Part shown: positions 40,852 through 53,589 of the stretch, in pieces
How the letters are laid out: every line of letters begins with the position of its first letter
Position numbering within the stretch: the stretch's first letter is position 1
From: Octopus sinensis
Taxonomy: Eukaryota
Reading direction: 5' to 3'
DNA: 64,000 bases
Assembly: GCF_006345805.1 (NCBI RefSeq)
Contig: NC_043017.1
Location: forward strand, 31,372,001 to 31,436,000
Position numbers and translations under genes: made by a program
Notes under the pieces: model-generated
Seen by the model: the letters and a program-made list of their open reading frames with translations, nothing else
The model's database searches: none
What the model was told of the DNA's origin: nothing

Positions 40852-40928
40852 TTGGCTGACGAGCTACAAATGGATTTTTTGTAAGTAATATTACATTTAA
40901 TTCATTAATAGCGAAACAATTGTCCCAA
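40852..40928 (+). ncRNA. Type I hammerhead ribozyme (copy 1)
   Basis: ttgg-CTGACGA-gcta...tagc-GAAAC-aatt-GTC-ccaa; cleavage predicted after 40924. Confidence 0.85.
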
Positions 40929-41382
40929 AATAATCTGTATTTTTGTTATTTTTTACTTGCCCTGTCCGTGTGAGCTAACAGTCGTACTGGCTTTCATGGG
41001 AAACATGTATTTTCGTGGTTGAAACCTTTTGGATTAACTGGTGCTAGAGTGAGCAATATAGTGACCACTCTCTTATATTTATTTGTAAAAATATTATAAT
41101 ATGTTATAAAATATTATAATAATCCAGGTTTCTCGTAGCACTAGGCCACTTGGTGTTGAATAAATATACTATTAAATTAGTATCTAATTCTCTCACCCTT
41201 ATTAATTAATTATAATTATGCTGCATTTATTCTAAATGCTGTATTTGTTTTCCGTGAAAGTTTGGCGCGCTGTTGGTTGGGGCATTTGAATTATAACGTC
41301 GGAGTAATCAATTGAACCACACGCGTATTTATCGTTATGGTAAAATCTGGCGTGTGATTGAGTGGATTTCATCCAGATAGTC

Positions 41383-41459
41383 TTGGCTGACGAGCTACAA
41401 ATGGATTTTTTGTAAGTAATATTACATTTAATTCATTTATAGCGAAACAATTGTCCCAA
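41383..41459 (+). ncRNA. Type I hammerhead ribozyme (copy 2)
   Basis: Identical core and stems I and III; cleavage predicted after 41455. Confidence 0.85.
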
Positions 41460-41610
41460 AATAATCTGTATTTTTGTTATTTTTTACTTGCCCTGTCCGT
41501 GTGAGCTAACAGTCGTACTGGCTTTCATGGGAAACATGTATTTTCGTGGTTGAAACCTTTTGGATTAACTGGTGCTAGAGTGAGCAATATAGTGACCACT
41601 CTCTTATATT

Positions 41611-41644
<34 letters not shown>

Positions 41645-41648
<4 letters not shown>

Positions 41649-41862
41649 AGCAATGTTGGGGGAACAAAAACACAGACACACATATACATATACATATATA
41701 CGACGGGCTTCTTTCAGTTTCCGTCGACCAAATCCACTCACAAGGCTCTGGTCGGCCCGAGGCTATAGTAGAAGACACTTGCCCAAGGTGCCATGCAGTA
41801 GGACTGAACCCAGCACCATGTGGTTGGTAAGCAAGTTACTTACCACACAGCCACTCCTGCAC
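41645..41862 (-). mobile_element. CORE-type SINE 5' half
   Basis: Family match. Confidence 0.85.
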
Positions 41863-42137
41863 CTGAAATTTAGAACATGCGTTCTCATTCCTAATGTATT
41901 TTTCGATGTTGCTGTTATTGTTATTATTGTTATTATTGGCGAGATGGCAGAAATGTTAGCATGAGGGGCGAAATGCGTAGCCGTATTTCGTCTACATTTA
42001 CGTTCTGAGTTTCAATTTCGTGGTCGAAAAATTAAGTACCAGTTACGCACTGAGGTCGATGTAATCGACTTAACCCGTTTGTCTGTCCTTGTTTATTCCC
42101 TCTGTGTTTAGCCCCTTGTGGGTAGTAAAGAAATAAA

Positions 42138-42175
<38 letters not shown>

Positions 42176-42784
42176 CATTATTCAGGTCACTGCCTGGAAT
42201 TGAACTCGGAATCTTGGGGTTAGTAGCCCACGCTAAAGAATAATAAATCACTTTCATTCCAAATTGCATTTTTTTGGCTTCTTTTTGATTTTAATGCAAT
42301 GGTGCTAGCAGAACAGTATGCTGGACAAAGTGCTTAGCGACATTTCATCTGTTCTGAGTCCAAATTCCATGGTCAATTTTGCCTTTCATCCTTTAGGAGT
42401 CAATAAAATAAGTACCAGTTGTGTATTGGGTCGATGTAATTGATTTACCCCTTCTCCAGAAATTGCTGGCCTTGTGCCAAAATTTGAAATAAATATTTCT
42501 GTTTGATTGGTACAAAATTTGAAACTAAGGTGATGTTGAAGGGAAGAAATGAAACAGTTCCAATATTTCAGATAGCTGCTACTATTAACATCTCACGGAG
42601 AAGAAGGATTTGAATTTTGAGAGGGAATCTAAAAGAGATTTTATCCTTTAACCTGATGACAGATGGGAACGGTTTGCTATGTAATTGTAATTTCTGGGAG
42701 AAACTGCTATATTTCATTGGTACAGATGGATTATGGGTGTAGTAATGGAAGCTGCTGACTAACCAGCAAGAATTTTGTACACAT

Positions 42785-42958
42785 AGGCATAGGAGTGGCT
42801 GTGTGGTAAGTAGCTTGCATATGAACCACGTGGCTTCGGGTTCAGTCCCACTGCGTGGCACCTTGGGTAAGTGTCTTCCACTATAGCCTCGGGCCAACCA
42901 AAGCGTTGTGAGTGGATTTGATAGACAGAAACTGAAAGAAGCCCGTCGTATATATATG

Positions 42959-43014
<56 letters not shown>

Positions 43015-43218
43015 TGTTTGTGTATCTGTGTTTGTGCCCCCAACATCGCTTGACAACCGATGCCGGTATGTTTGCATCCTCGTAACTTAGCGGTTTGGCA
43101 AAAGAGACCGATAGAGTAAGTACTAGGCTTAAAAAGAATAAGTCCTGGAGCACCGACTAAAGGCGGTGCTCCAGCATGGCCACAGTCAAATGACTGAAAC
43201 AAGTAAAAGAATAAAAAG
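42785..43218 (+). mobile_element. CORE-type SINE
   Basis: Family match. Confidence 0.9.
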
Positions 43219-44364
43219 TGTAAAGAGACACCCTATTTTTGAGTTCTAATCTACTTGATCCTGCTTTTATTACCTTCTTGAGCCAGCTTTGATTCTGCTT
43301 CTTGTGCTTGCTTGCTAATCTACTGAAGCCTACCTACCAGTCAACCTAAGTCATACTATATCTCTATTTCTCTGCATTGTTTGATAGAAATCTCTTCTAT
43401 TCAAAATATTAAGAAAAAATAAATCTTTGTTCAATTCAAATTTGCATTGCAGCAGCTCCAAATTTTCTGAATGAAAATACAAAAAAATTAAATAACTGAA
43501 ATGAAAATGTAAAATATCAAATCAAAATTACTTATGAAATTGAAATTTAGATTTCAATCAAACTGGAATTTATTTTTATATTTAGGTATTGTATTTTTGT
43601 TCAGAATTTAATTTCAAATTAAAGTCTATTTTTCCTTGTTTTTGTTCAATTTTTATCAAGTTCTGATTTGAGTATATACATGCATCACAGATTCGTCAAT
43701 TTGTCAATTAGGCAATTTCCTCATAATTCAAAAGAGAAATAAATATAAATCAAACCCTAATGTTTACAATAATAGAAAGTATGTATTGAAGCTAATTCAA
43801 TATAATTAATGGCATTCATTGAGGCTCATGGTGGTCTGCTTTAGGAAAAGTCGATTTAATAAAAACCGTATACATTAAGGTGTGTTTATGTGTTACAGTA
43901 CATAAATACGCATGAGAAGAGATATGTAATGTTTGGGGTGAAAGGAGGTTTTGGGGACTTTATGTGTCAATCAAAATAGGAAAAGAAAACAAACACCAGA
44001 AATGATTTTTCTGCACTTTTAACACACAAACCTATGACAATGTTAGATATTCTGTCTTAATATTACCCAGTTATATCACACTGACATGTTTGAATTTTGG
44101 ATATTGCAAAAATAATAATTGATTAATGATTTGGCATTACAAGCATAAAGTCCTGGTTTCCACCTCCTTGTTCAATACCGTTTTTGTTTTCTTTTATTTT
44201 GTTGTTTTACTTTTCCTGTAATCAACATGTGGCGACCACTAATCAACACGTGACATGTCAGGTAAGTTGAGTAGACAGAAATTGTCTAGCTACCTGTAAT
44301 ATTCCTCATTGAAACTAATGGCAGATCTATTTTCTTTATTTCCTCTATAATATATAATTTTTTT

Positions 44365-45176
44365 TTATTGCCCTCAAGGGGCTAAACATAGAAGGGACGA
44401 ACAAGGACAGACAAACGGATTAAGTCGATTATGTCGACCCCAGTGTGTAACTGGTACTTAATTTATCGACCCCGAAAGGATGAAAGGCAAAGTCGACCTC
44501 GGCGGAATTTGAAACCCAGAACGTAAAGATGGATGAAATCCCGTTAAACATTTTGCTCGGCGCAATAGCAATTCTTATTTCTTTATTGCCCACAAGGGGC
44601 TAAACATTAGAAGGGACAAACAAGGACAGACAAACGGATTAAGTTGATAATATCGACCTCAGTGCGTAACTGGTACTTCATTTATCGACCCCGAAAGGAT
44701 GAAAGGCAAAGTCGACCTTGGCGGAATTTGAACTCAAAACGTAACAGCAGACGAAATACCTATTTCTTTACTACCCACAAGGGGCTAAACACAGAGAGGA
44801 CAAACAAGGACAGACAAACGGATTAAGTCGATTATATCGACCCCAGTGCGTAACTGGTACTTAATTTATCGACCCCGAAAGGTTAAAAGCCAAAGTCGAC
44901 CTCGGCGGAATTTGAACTCAAAACGTAACAGCAGACGAAATACCTATTTCTTTACTATCCACAAGAGGCTAAACACAGAGAGGACAAACAAGGACAGACA
45001 AACAGATTAAGTCGATCATATCGACCCCAGTGCGTAACTGGTACTTAATTTATCGACCCCGAAAGGATGAAAGGCAAAGTCGACCTCGGCGGAATTTGAA
45101 CTCAGAACGTAACGGCAGACAAAATACCGCTAAGCATTTCGCCCGACGTGCTAACAATTCTGCCAGCTCGCCGCCT
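44365..45176 (-). mobile_element. tRNA-derived SINE with one head and ~4 tandem internal body units (~180-210 bp)
   Basis: A/B-box head (rc ggcgagctggcagaa...gttcaaattcc) at 45100-45175; aggggctaaac...tcgaccccgaaagg repeats four times. Confidence 0.88.
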
Positions 45177-46694
45177 CTATTAAACATCACACAAAGCTCT
45201 TTCCCTTTACATTCATAGATAATTTATGTTTCTGCAGTGCATAAATTAGTTTGTTGTGATATAAAGGCAATATCAACAATTCAAAAACTTCACCGATTTG
45301 TAAATGTTCAAATTTAAAACTTCTTTTATTAATGAATTACAAATTAGCCCTATTGTTGCCCTAATCGATGACCTATGACCAAATCATTCTAATCACGTCC
45401 ATCTTTTTCATGCACAGTGTACTATGGATCACATTAGCTTTAATATAGTAGAATATATGAATGAGTGATTTAGTTGTAATTTCTAGCATTTTGATCAACT
45501 ATATACAAGCTCAATCGTTGATTTACAGTTACAACCTCAATATATAGAAGTCGTAATTAAAATGCAGTTCTGTGAATTATTTGTAGTCAAAGAAATAGAA
45601 TGTAAAGTAAACATATCTTATGTCAAAGATAGTTTTACTGACCTATCCTTAGATCTTTTCATAAAATATGGAATAGATGCCTTAATGGATAAGAAGAAAT
45701 CCATTCCCAATTAACGTCTCCAAATCATTTGGATGTCTAGTTTCAGAAAAATGGTCTTATGCTTGTAGAAGTACAGGTACTGAATGGTGGATTTGTAGAA
45801 TTGTTAGAACGTTGCAATTGTAGAAATTCAACCAGTTGTCCTTTCACCAATAAATGCTTTGAAAGGTAACAAGTGTATAGAACAGTGTTGCCAGTGTGAA
45901 TTATTTGAAATGAATATGTATCGGCAAAAGAGATCGACAGAATGAGTACTAGACTTACAAACGATAAGTTCTGGGCTTGGTTTGTTCGACTAAAGGCAGT
46001 GCTCCAGCATGGTCGCAGTCCAATGACTGAAACAATTAAAAGAATAACAGACAAGCTTCTTCCAATTTCTGTCCACCAAATCCACACACTGTAGAAGACA
46101 CTTCCCCAAGATACAACGCAGTGGGATTGAACCCAGGACGATATGATTGGGAAGCAAACTTTTTACCACACAGCTACGCCGGTGCCTATGTCGAGATTGT
46201 TTGTGCTCACCATGTAAAACTATCAATACTATATTTCATGGGGTTTTGCGATACTTCGTTCATGAGTTAACAGAACTTAAAAACTTAAACTGGCCCTCCA
46301 TCGATCACAACAATGAGGGTTCCAGTTGATCCAATCGATGGAAGAGCCTGCTAGTCATAGTGAAGTACAAGTTAGTGAGCACTCCACAGTGACGTGTAAC
46401 CTTAACGTAGTTCTCGGGGAGATTCAGCGTGACACAGAGTGTGACAACGCTGGCTCCTGTGAATTACTGGTACTACTCATTTTTGCCAGCTGAACTGACT
46501 GGAGCAAGGTGAAATAAAATGTCTTGCTTAAGAATACAACGCACCACCAGGAATTGAGCCAGAGGTTGATGTTATAAAGGAATTGATCTTTATGATCGTG
46601 AGCCACATTCCCTAATCACCAAACCACACTCCTTCATTTAATAGCATAAATGCTATATATGTATATATATGTATATGTATATATATATAAAATA

Positions 46695-46989
46695 ATATGT
46701 TACATTACTCGATAGTCAAGATAAAACTCTGAGTTTCAGATGCCGAAGTGGAAATCCACAACGCCATTTCTTCGGTTATCTGGCTATTTGAAAACGCTAT
46801 GATTTTTTTCATAGCGTTTTCAAATAGCCAGATAACCGAAGAGATGGCGTTGTGGATTCTCACTTCGGCATCTGAAACTCAGAGTTTTATCTTGACTATC
46901 GAGTAATGTAACATATATTTCATAGATAAATTTCCTCTATTTACATAATATTGAGGTCTCTTTCTTTCTTTTGTTATCTTACCGTTTTA

Positions 46990-46992
<3 letters not shown>
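46695..46992. mobile_element. Fold-back element with mirrored HHR-like motifs (family of 111-430)
   Basis: Arms span 46695-46916. agataa-CCGAAGA-gatg...catc(t)-GAAAC-tcaga-GTT-ttatct at 46830-46892 (+), mirrored at 46719-46781 (-). Confidence 0.7.
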
Positions 46993-47027
<35 letters not shown>

Positions 47028-47032
<5 letters not shown>

Positions 47033-47287
47033 ATCACGGGACCGATGTTGCTACACATCGCTGGTTGGTCAAAATGCGATTCGCATTGTTTTAGCTTTCA
47101 GATGACGCCACCCCGCTGGCTAAGCGAGCAGGCCAACAGAAGAAAGAGTGAGAGAAAGTTGTGGAGAAAGAGTACAGCAGGGACCGCCGCCACCCCCTGC
47201 CGGAGCCTCGTGGAGCTTTAGGTGTTTTCGGTCTGGAAATCGAAACCGCGAGTCCGCTGCCCTAACCACTGGGCCATTGCGCTTCCA
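47028..47287 (-). mobile_element. Third tRNA-derived SINE family
   Basis: Minus strand begins ggaagcgcaatggcccagtggttagggc (A box) ... ggtttcgatttcc (B-box-like). Confidence 0.75.
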
Positions 47288-50200
47288 CACACTCACACAC
47301 ACATATATAATAACAAATTAATAAATAAAACATATGCATATATACATACATATATGTACATACCTACCTCTACATGTATATATACATGCATATATGGGTA
47401 CAGGACAACAAACAAACGTCGAACACAGTGAGAAACGAAAACATAAACACAAAACCAAGGAAATATATATATATATGCGTGTATGTGTGTCTGCACATTA
47501 CGTATATGTAGCATACATATATTTTCTTCATCTATATATACTATGCATACAAATACCTACACACACATTTCTATACATTCACATATAGCCTCCGTTAAGC
47601 GACGTCGACAAAGAATGTTCACTTGCTCAGTTAAATACCTAATCATTGTGCCAACAGTGACATCAAACTAGATTTAGATTTTCAAACAATGATACATTCC
47701 TCACGGATCACAGCATGATGGAAGCAGTCTGGTGACAAATTAAATTTGAATTTTTACAATTTTTTTCTCTTCTTGTAGCTTATCTAATCTGACAGCGTAC
47801 TAATGTCATTTTGCCCATAATTAGTTATCTGTCAAAATTCTTTTTGAATATGTTATATTCGTATTAACTTCGTACGATTTCAGTTTATCTTACGGACGTC
47901 GAATAACATTTTTGTATTCTGCGTTAAAAGTTGGCTGTTTTGGAGAATATTGGGTTGGCACAAATCTCTCGTCAGAAGATTAGCTAAGAACAACTTTAGT
48001 GCCTGCAATGCTATATTTCTTGAAATACATACATACATATATGCATTCATACATATATATATATATATATATATATGAAATTCTGCGTTTGTTTTTGTAT
48101 GTATGTATATGTGTGATGTATGTATGTATGTATGTATGTATATATGTATGTGTGTATAAACATTACCTGCTCCTAATGAGACACTAAATCGTGCCCACTG
48201 ACATGTTATTTGGTCCCATTATCCGGAACAGCTCTCATGGGATTTCCAGCTTTCGGCAAATGAACAAATCTTTCGCAACACAAGACTGCTAAATTGAATA
48301 CTTAAATGGAAATGGCTTTAATGTTCCAATGCATTATGTATTGATGCTTTTCTTTCTGGTGCTTATAAACAAAACAGTGGGAAATATTTAACGAAGGTTA
48401 CAACTTTCGCACAATGTCAAACCTTTGACTCAAACTTTCATTGCGCTTGTTAAAAAGCGATTTCCTTTTATGCCATTTTTTATCACTAGATCTTTAATAA
48501 AAATGCTTTGAAACTTTACTAATCAGCTACCAATAATTATGATTGGAATCTTAGTAAATATAAAAACTTAGTAAATATTTTTAAAAACCATTGTCCACGG
48601 AAGCATCAACCTTAGCAACTACTCTGATTCCGATAGGTGCACGCTAGAATGCGCTGAAGGTATTAATTATCGATTTTTTTCCTACTGAAAACACTGCAAA
48701 AGCTTGCGTTAGTAAAACCTCAAAATCATTTAAACAAAGTATTAAATCACACATGCATTCCTTGTGAAACAATGGCAGAAGTAATATAATTTCCTTGGCT
48801 ACAAATAATTGGTCGTTAAAGGATAATCTATTACAATATTATGTTAAATGATGCATACATTCTAGGGCTAATCCTTATGCAGAGAATATTAACCCTTGTA
48901 ATCTTCGCCACATGAAAAGTTACATAATCCTTTATGAAAAGCCTCATTATTCTAATATTATTAGCAAAATATTCCCAAACTGCGTTGACAGAAGATTAAA
49001 GTCATATAAATTTTACTAGACAACCTCCATACACACCACTAACAATTGTTCATATGCCTATTAGGCTGCTCTAGCATTATTTTCAAATTCGGTGAGCTGG
49101 CAGAATCGACAGCATACTGCGATTTTATCTTTCTTTATGTTCTGAGTTCAAATTCCGCTGGGGTTGACTCTGCCTTTCATCTTTTCAGGGTCGATAAAAT
49201 AAGTACTAGTTGAGCGCTGGGGTCTATTAGTCTCCTCTCCTGAAATTTCAGGCCTTTTTGCCTATAGTAGAAAGGATTAGAATTAAATTTAATATAACCA
49301 GCATGCTTCCCAAAAACATTCTAGTCTTCCCTTTAATCAGCTTCCACTTCGTCGACTGTACTTTTCCTGGGTCATTTAGTAAAGAATTATAACACTCTTG
49401 CATGAACATTTTCCTGATAGTCAACTCAATTTTACAGGCTTTCCACACACAAAATAGATTCGTTATTGAGACAAACAGTAAAAAAAATATAAAATAATTT
49501 TTTTTAATAACTGAAATGTTAATAGAAAAAGAATTTTATACTTTGACGAAAACTAAATTATTTAAAAAGGACACTGAGATATCTGTGTCTATGTCAAAAA
49601 ATATCAGTAAAGTGGTTACTGCAATAAGTAGCGATGTAAAATTACTTTACTTTCTTCAATAATAGATTACAAAAGCCAAATTTATTTTTTGATATTTTAA
49701 AAACATTTTGGAATCTTTTTGTTTCAATGGTTACCAAACCTAAGAAATAAATCTTTAAATTGTTTACATAAAAATAAGTAATATATTTTCATATAAATTT
49801 GGCTGTGGTATATGTTTAGTGTTTAATTCTATTAATATAATAAGTTTTAATATTTTATAATAATTTTCCTTAATATAATTCAAAGGCCTAAATTTGCATC
49901 TTATTCTTCAAGTTTATTAATCCAATTTGATTTTTATGATTTTGACGAAAATAATCATAAAAAACAATTCTTGGTCTAATAATATAAAATTAAATGCACT
50001 TCCTTTATTGAAAACAATACCGAAACTGTAATTTAAGCAATAGCCATGATTCTTTCCTAATATAAGTTTTTAAAAAAGAAAGACAAGGAAAGGAGGAAAA
50101 GCGAGAAACAAAGGAAAAGGGGAGAGTGAGGAAAGAGAAAAGAAAACATCAATACAGCACCGCAAGGCTCAATAGAATCTACTGAAGCGAGCCAACACGC

Positions 50201-50556
50201 TCGCAGCATTACTCCGGGCATTGGTGAGACACCACATGACACCTGGCTGAGGTGAGCTGTCAACGATGACAAGAAATTCGTGGTTAGTGGCCCAGCTCTC
50301 CAAATGTCTCAAATGCCACAGGTTGGGATAAGTTGCTTTGAAAACAAGCGAAACGTTCAATCTAATGATTTTCAATTAATAAATCTAAGCACTAAAATCT
50401 AATAATGATCTTATTCTCAAAGAATCTTCTTAGTTTCGTTAAATTTGAATGAAATATATATTTTGCACCTAAACTTACATCTAAAAACCATTATTTTTTT
50501 CCTTGAAAAGTCGTACCTTAAAGGCTGATATAATTTATTCATATTAAATATATGGA

Positions 50557-50955
50557 GTGTGTGGTAAGTAGCTTGCTAATCAACCACATGGTTCCGGGTT
50601 CAGTCCCACATCATGGCATCTTGGGCAAGTGTCTTCTGCTATAGCCCCGGGCCGACCAATGCCTTGTGAGTGGATTTTGTAGACGGAAACTGAAAGAAGC
50701 CTGTCGTATATACATATATATATATGTATGTATGTGTATGTGTTTGTGTGTCTGTGTTTGTCCCCCTAGCATTGCTTGACAACCGATGCTGGTGTGTTTA
50801 CGCCCCCATCACTTAGCGGTTCGGCGAAAGAGACCGATAGAATAAGTACTGGGCTTACATAGAATAAGCCCCTGGGTCGAGTTGCTCGACTAAAAGGCGG
50901 TGCTCCAGCATGGCCGCAGTCAAATGACTGAAACAAATAAACGAGTAAAAGAGTA
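50557..50955 (+). mobile_element. CORE-type SINE
   Basis: Family match. Confidence 0.9.
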
Positions 50956-51267
50956 TACTTTTAAAATATTGGAAAATCAGAAACCTTTTAGCTTCAGCAA
51001 AACTACCCAGCAAAAAAAACGTGCAACGTACATAGAATCTAGGAAAGACCAAACTGAAACTGGCCAAAATTTGTAACCAGTGGAACATTTCGCCACTTTT
51101 TTGCACGTTTATTTACAAAACTTCCCAAGTGACAAAATTTATCTATAATCACTTTCAGTTTGGCCACATTTTGTCTAGAAGTTTCTTTTTCTCCCACTGT
51201 ATCAGTTTTGATGATGATGTCAGTATTGGATTCCGCTTGTTTAGATCCTTTACGAAAACTTAACTAT

Positions 51268-51433
51268 ATAGGCGCAGGAGTGACAGTGTGGTAAGTAGCT
51301 TGCTTACCAGCCACATGGTTCTGGGTTCAGTCCCACAGCGTGGCACCTTGTGCAAGTGTCTTCTACTATAGCCCCGGGCCGACCAAAGCCTTGTGAGTGT
51401 ATTTGGTAGACGGAAAGTGAAAGAAGCCCGTCG

Positions 51434-51477
<44 letters not shown>

Positions 51478-51682
51478 TGTGTATATGCTTGTACCCCCAA
51501 CATCACTTGACAACCGATGCTGGTGTGTTTACGTCCCCGTAACTTTAGCTGTTCCGCGAAAGAGACCGATAGAATAAGAACTAGGCTTACAAAGAATAAG
51601 TCCTGGGGTCGATTTGCTCGACTAAAGGCGGTGCTCCAGCATGGCGGCAGTCAAATGACTGAAACAAGAGACTTAAAGAGTA
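51268..51682 (+). mobile_element. CORE-type SINE
   Basis: Family match. Confidence 0.9.
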
Positions 51683-52020
51683 TACTTATTTTTTTCTAAA
51701 ACAACAGGAACAGGATGATTTTACAAACGTTATTCCCTTCACAATCTGATCGTTTTTTGTTTTTTTTACCTCGTATGTATTTGCTACTGCGCCATTTTTA
51801 ACTAAGTTTGCTAAAATAGTCTCCTCCATTACGATCTTTCAAAAATAGACATAATTATACTGAATGTTTTTGTTATTTTTAAGCTAACAGACATGATTTT
51901 AAATGAATTAAGACCTTTCTCTTATCTAAATTTGATAACTTTTTAATTCATAAGTTTTGTCTACAGATCGTTAGCCACAAGCACACATTTTTTATTCTCT
52001 CCTTGTTTTTTTCTGTGTCC

Positions 52021-52056
52021 CTTTCTATAGAAGAGCATAGGCTCGTAACGTAAAAG
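52021..52056 (+). ncRNA. Degenerate minimal HHR relic
   Basis: cttt-CTATAGA-a-gagc-atag-gctc-GTAAC-GTA-aaag: stems intact, core mutated. Confidence 0.35.
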
Positions 52057-52279
52057 ACTTTTTCTATTCCTGAGCGTTATACTAATATATATGTTTGTTT
52101 TCTACACCACCTGACTTCGTCTTTTGTTGTTGGTTTTTTTTTTTTCGTAAACTCTCCCTATACATTGATCTTAACCTGATTGACAGAAATAGCTTTCTGC
52201 GTTGAAGATATTTACTTTAGTGCAATTTAGGTAAACTTAATAATAAAAAATGATTAAACTACACTGCTAAAAATTTCTA

Positions 52280-52687
52280 GGATCTTTTCGGTTTGAACGG
52301 CAGTTTTTAACATAATTTCTAGGTAACTAAAAAAATTTTAACTTCGTATACTGGTAGAATGTGTTTATAGAACATGTTTTTCTCTTGGCTTTATTGAGAA
52401 AATTCTATAGTTTGTAAGATATTTGTTGTTTTTTTTTCAATTTCTGCAATTTCAACCAATCAGTGACGTCTATTGAGGTAAAAAGCATTCTATGCCGTAT
52501 AAATATGTCCCTCGTTTAAGAAACAGATTGGGTTTACTTACATTTGTGAAGAAAAAAAGATACCCTTCCCCCACCCCTAACCCTAAAAGAGATTGAAATG
52601 CAATAGATCGATACTAGGGTCATAACTATGGGTGACAATTTCATATGACACCGCTAGAAAAAACTGCCGTTCAAACCGAAAAGATCC
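52280..52687. mobile_element. MITE with 29-bp TIRs and 8-bp TSD (Merlin-like GG termini)
   Basis: aatttcta|ggatcttttcggtttgaacggcagttttt ... aaaaactgccgttcaaaccgaaaagatcc|aatttcta. Confidence 0.85.
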
Positions 52688-53233
52688 AATTTCTACCTAT
52701 CACATATCCTCTGTTTTCCCAACCAACTTTTTTCCGTGAATTTTTTCCAGCGACATTTTTTACTGCGACTTTTTCCACTGGATTCGCCTAAGTATAGGCG
52801 AAAGAGATTGAAATGCAATAGATCGATACTAGGGTCATAACTATGGGTGACAATTTCATATGACACCGCTAGAAAAAACTGCCGTTCAAACCGAAAAGAT
52901 CCAATTTCTACCTATCACATATCCTCTGTTTTCCCAACCAACTTTTTTCCGTGAATTTTTTCCAGCGACATTTTTTACCTGCGACTTTTTCCACCTGGAT
53001 TCGCCTAAGTATTAGGCGAAAGAGATTGAAATGCAATAGATCGATACTAGGGTCATAACTATGGGTGACAATTTCATATGACACCGCTAGAAAAAACTGC
53101 CGTTCAAACCGAAAAGATCCAATTTCTACCTATCACATATCCTCTGTTTTCCCAACCAACTTTTTTCCGTGAATTTTTTCCAGCGACATTTTTTACCTGC
53201 GACTTTTTCCACCTGGATTCGCCTAAGTATTAG
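52586..53233. repeat. Tandem triplication (215-218 bp) of the MITE right end plus flank, with hairpin junctions
   Basis: aaagagattgaaatg at 52586, 52801 and 53019; junctions ttcgccta-agta(t)-taggcgaa. Confidence 0.9.
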
Positions 53234-53419
53234 TCCTCTACTCAGTTACGGGCTCACTGTACCACCAACAGCCCGTGTATGCACTTGTGGAAATGCCCGG
53301 TGCACCGATGTGCATGCAATGATTTACTCAGAACTTAACCCGCGAGAAATATTTTTAAATTGCATCCTTATGCTAAGAGAGACATGTGTGCTTCTTCCAT
53401 GAAAAAGAAATATCTAGAG

Positions 53420-53589
53420 CAGTGGTTTTCAACCAGGGTTCCGCCAGTACAGTCCAGGGGTTCCGCAAGAAGTTACAAAACTGCTAAAATCGGCAGTAAT
53501 TTTTAATTCTCCTGTGCAGATATGGGTTCCTCGAGCCAGTGGAATGTTTCCTTGGGGTTCCGCTTCAGCAAAGAGGTTGAAAAGCACTG
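53420..53589. mobile_element. hAT (Charlie-like) MITE
   Basis: atctagag|cagtggttttcaacc ... ggttgaaaagcactg|atctagag: 8-bp TSD with TCTAGA core. Confidence 0.88.

Larger units (their letters stand above)
40473..41614 (+). mobile_element. Retrozyme-like element: 190-bp 5' inverted arm plus 1.8 tandem copies of a 531-nt monomer, one intact HHR per monomer
   Basis: Monomers start at 40662 and 41193. 40473-40664 is the reverse complement of ~41021-41213. (TA)n on both sides. No ORF. Confidence 0.85.

Noticed and set aside
42135-42234. tRNA gene
   Set aside because: Partial tRNA-like head with an (AAT)n tail; a SINE fragment with no full cloverleaf.
44365-45176. CRISPR-like repeat/spacer array
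   Set aside because: The units are whole SINE bodies without unique spacers, in a eukaryotic context.
52575-52586. Interstitial telomeric repeat (ccctaa)2
   Set aside because: Only two units, internal to the MITE.
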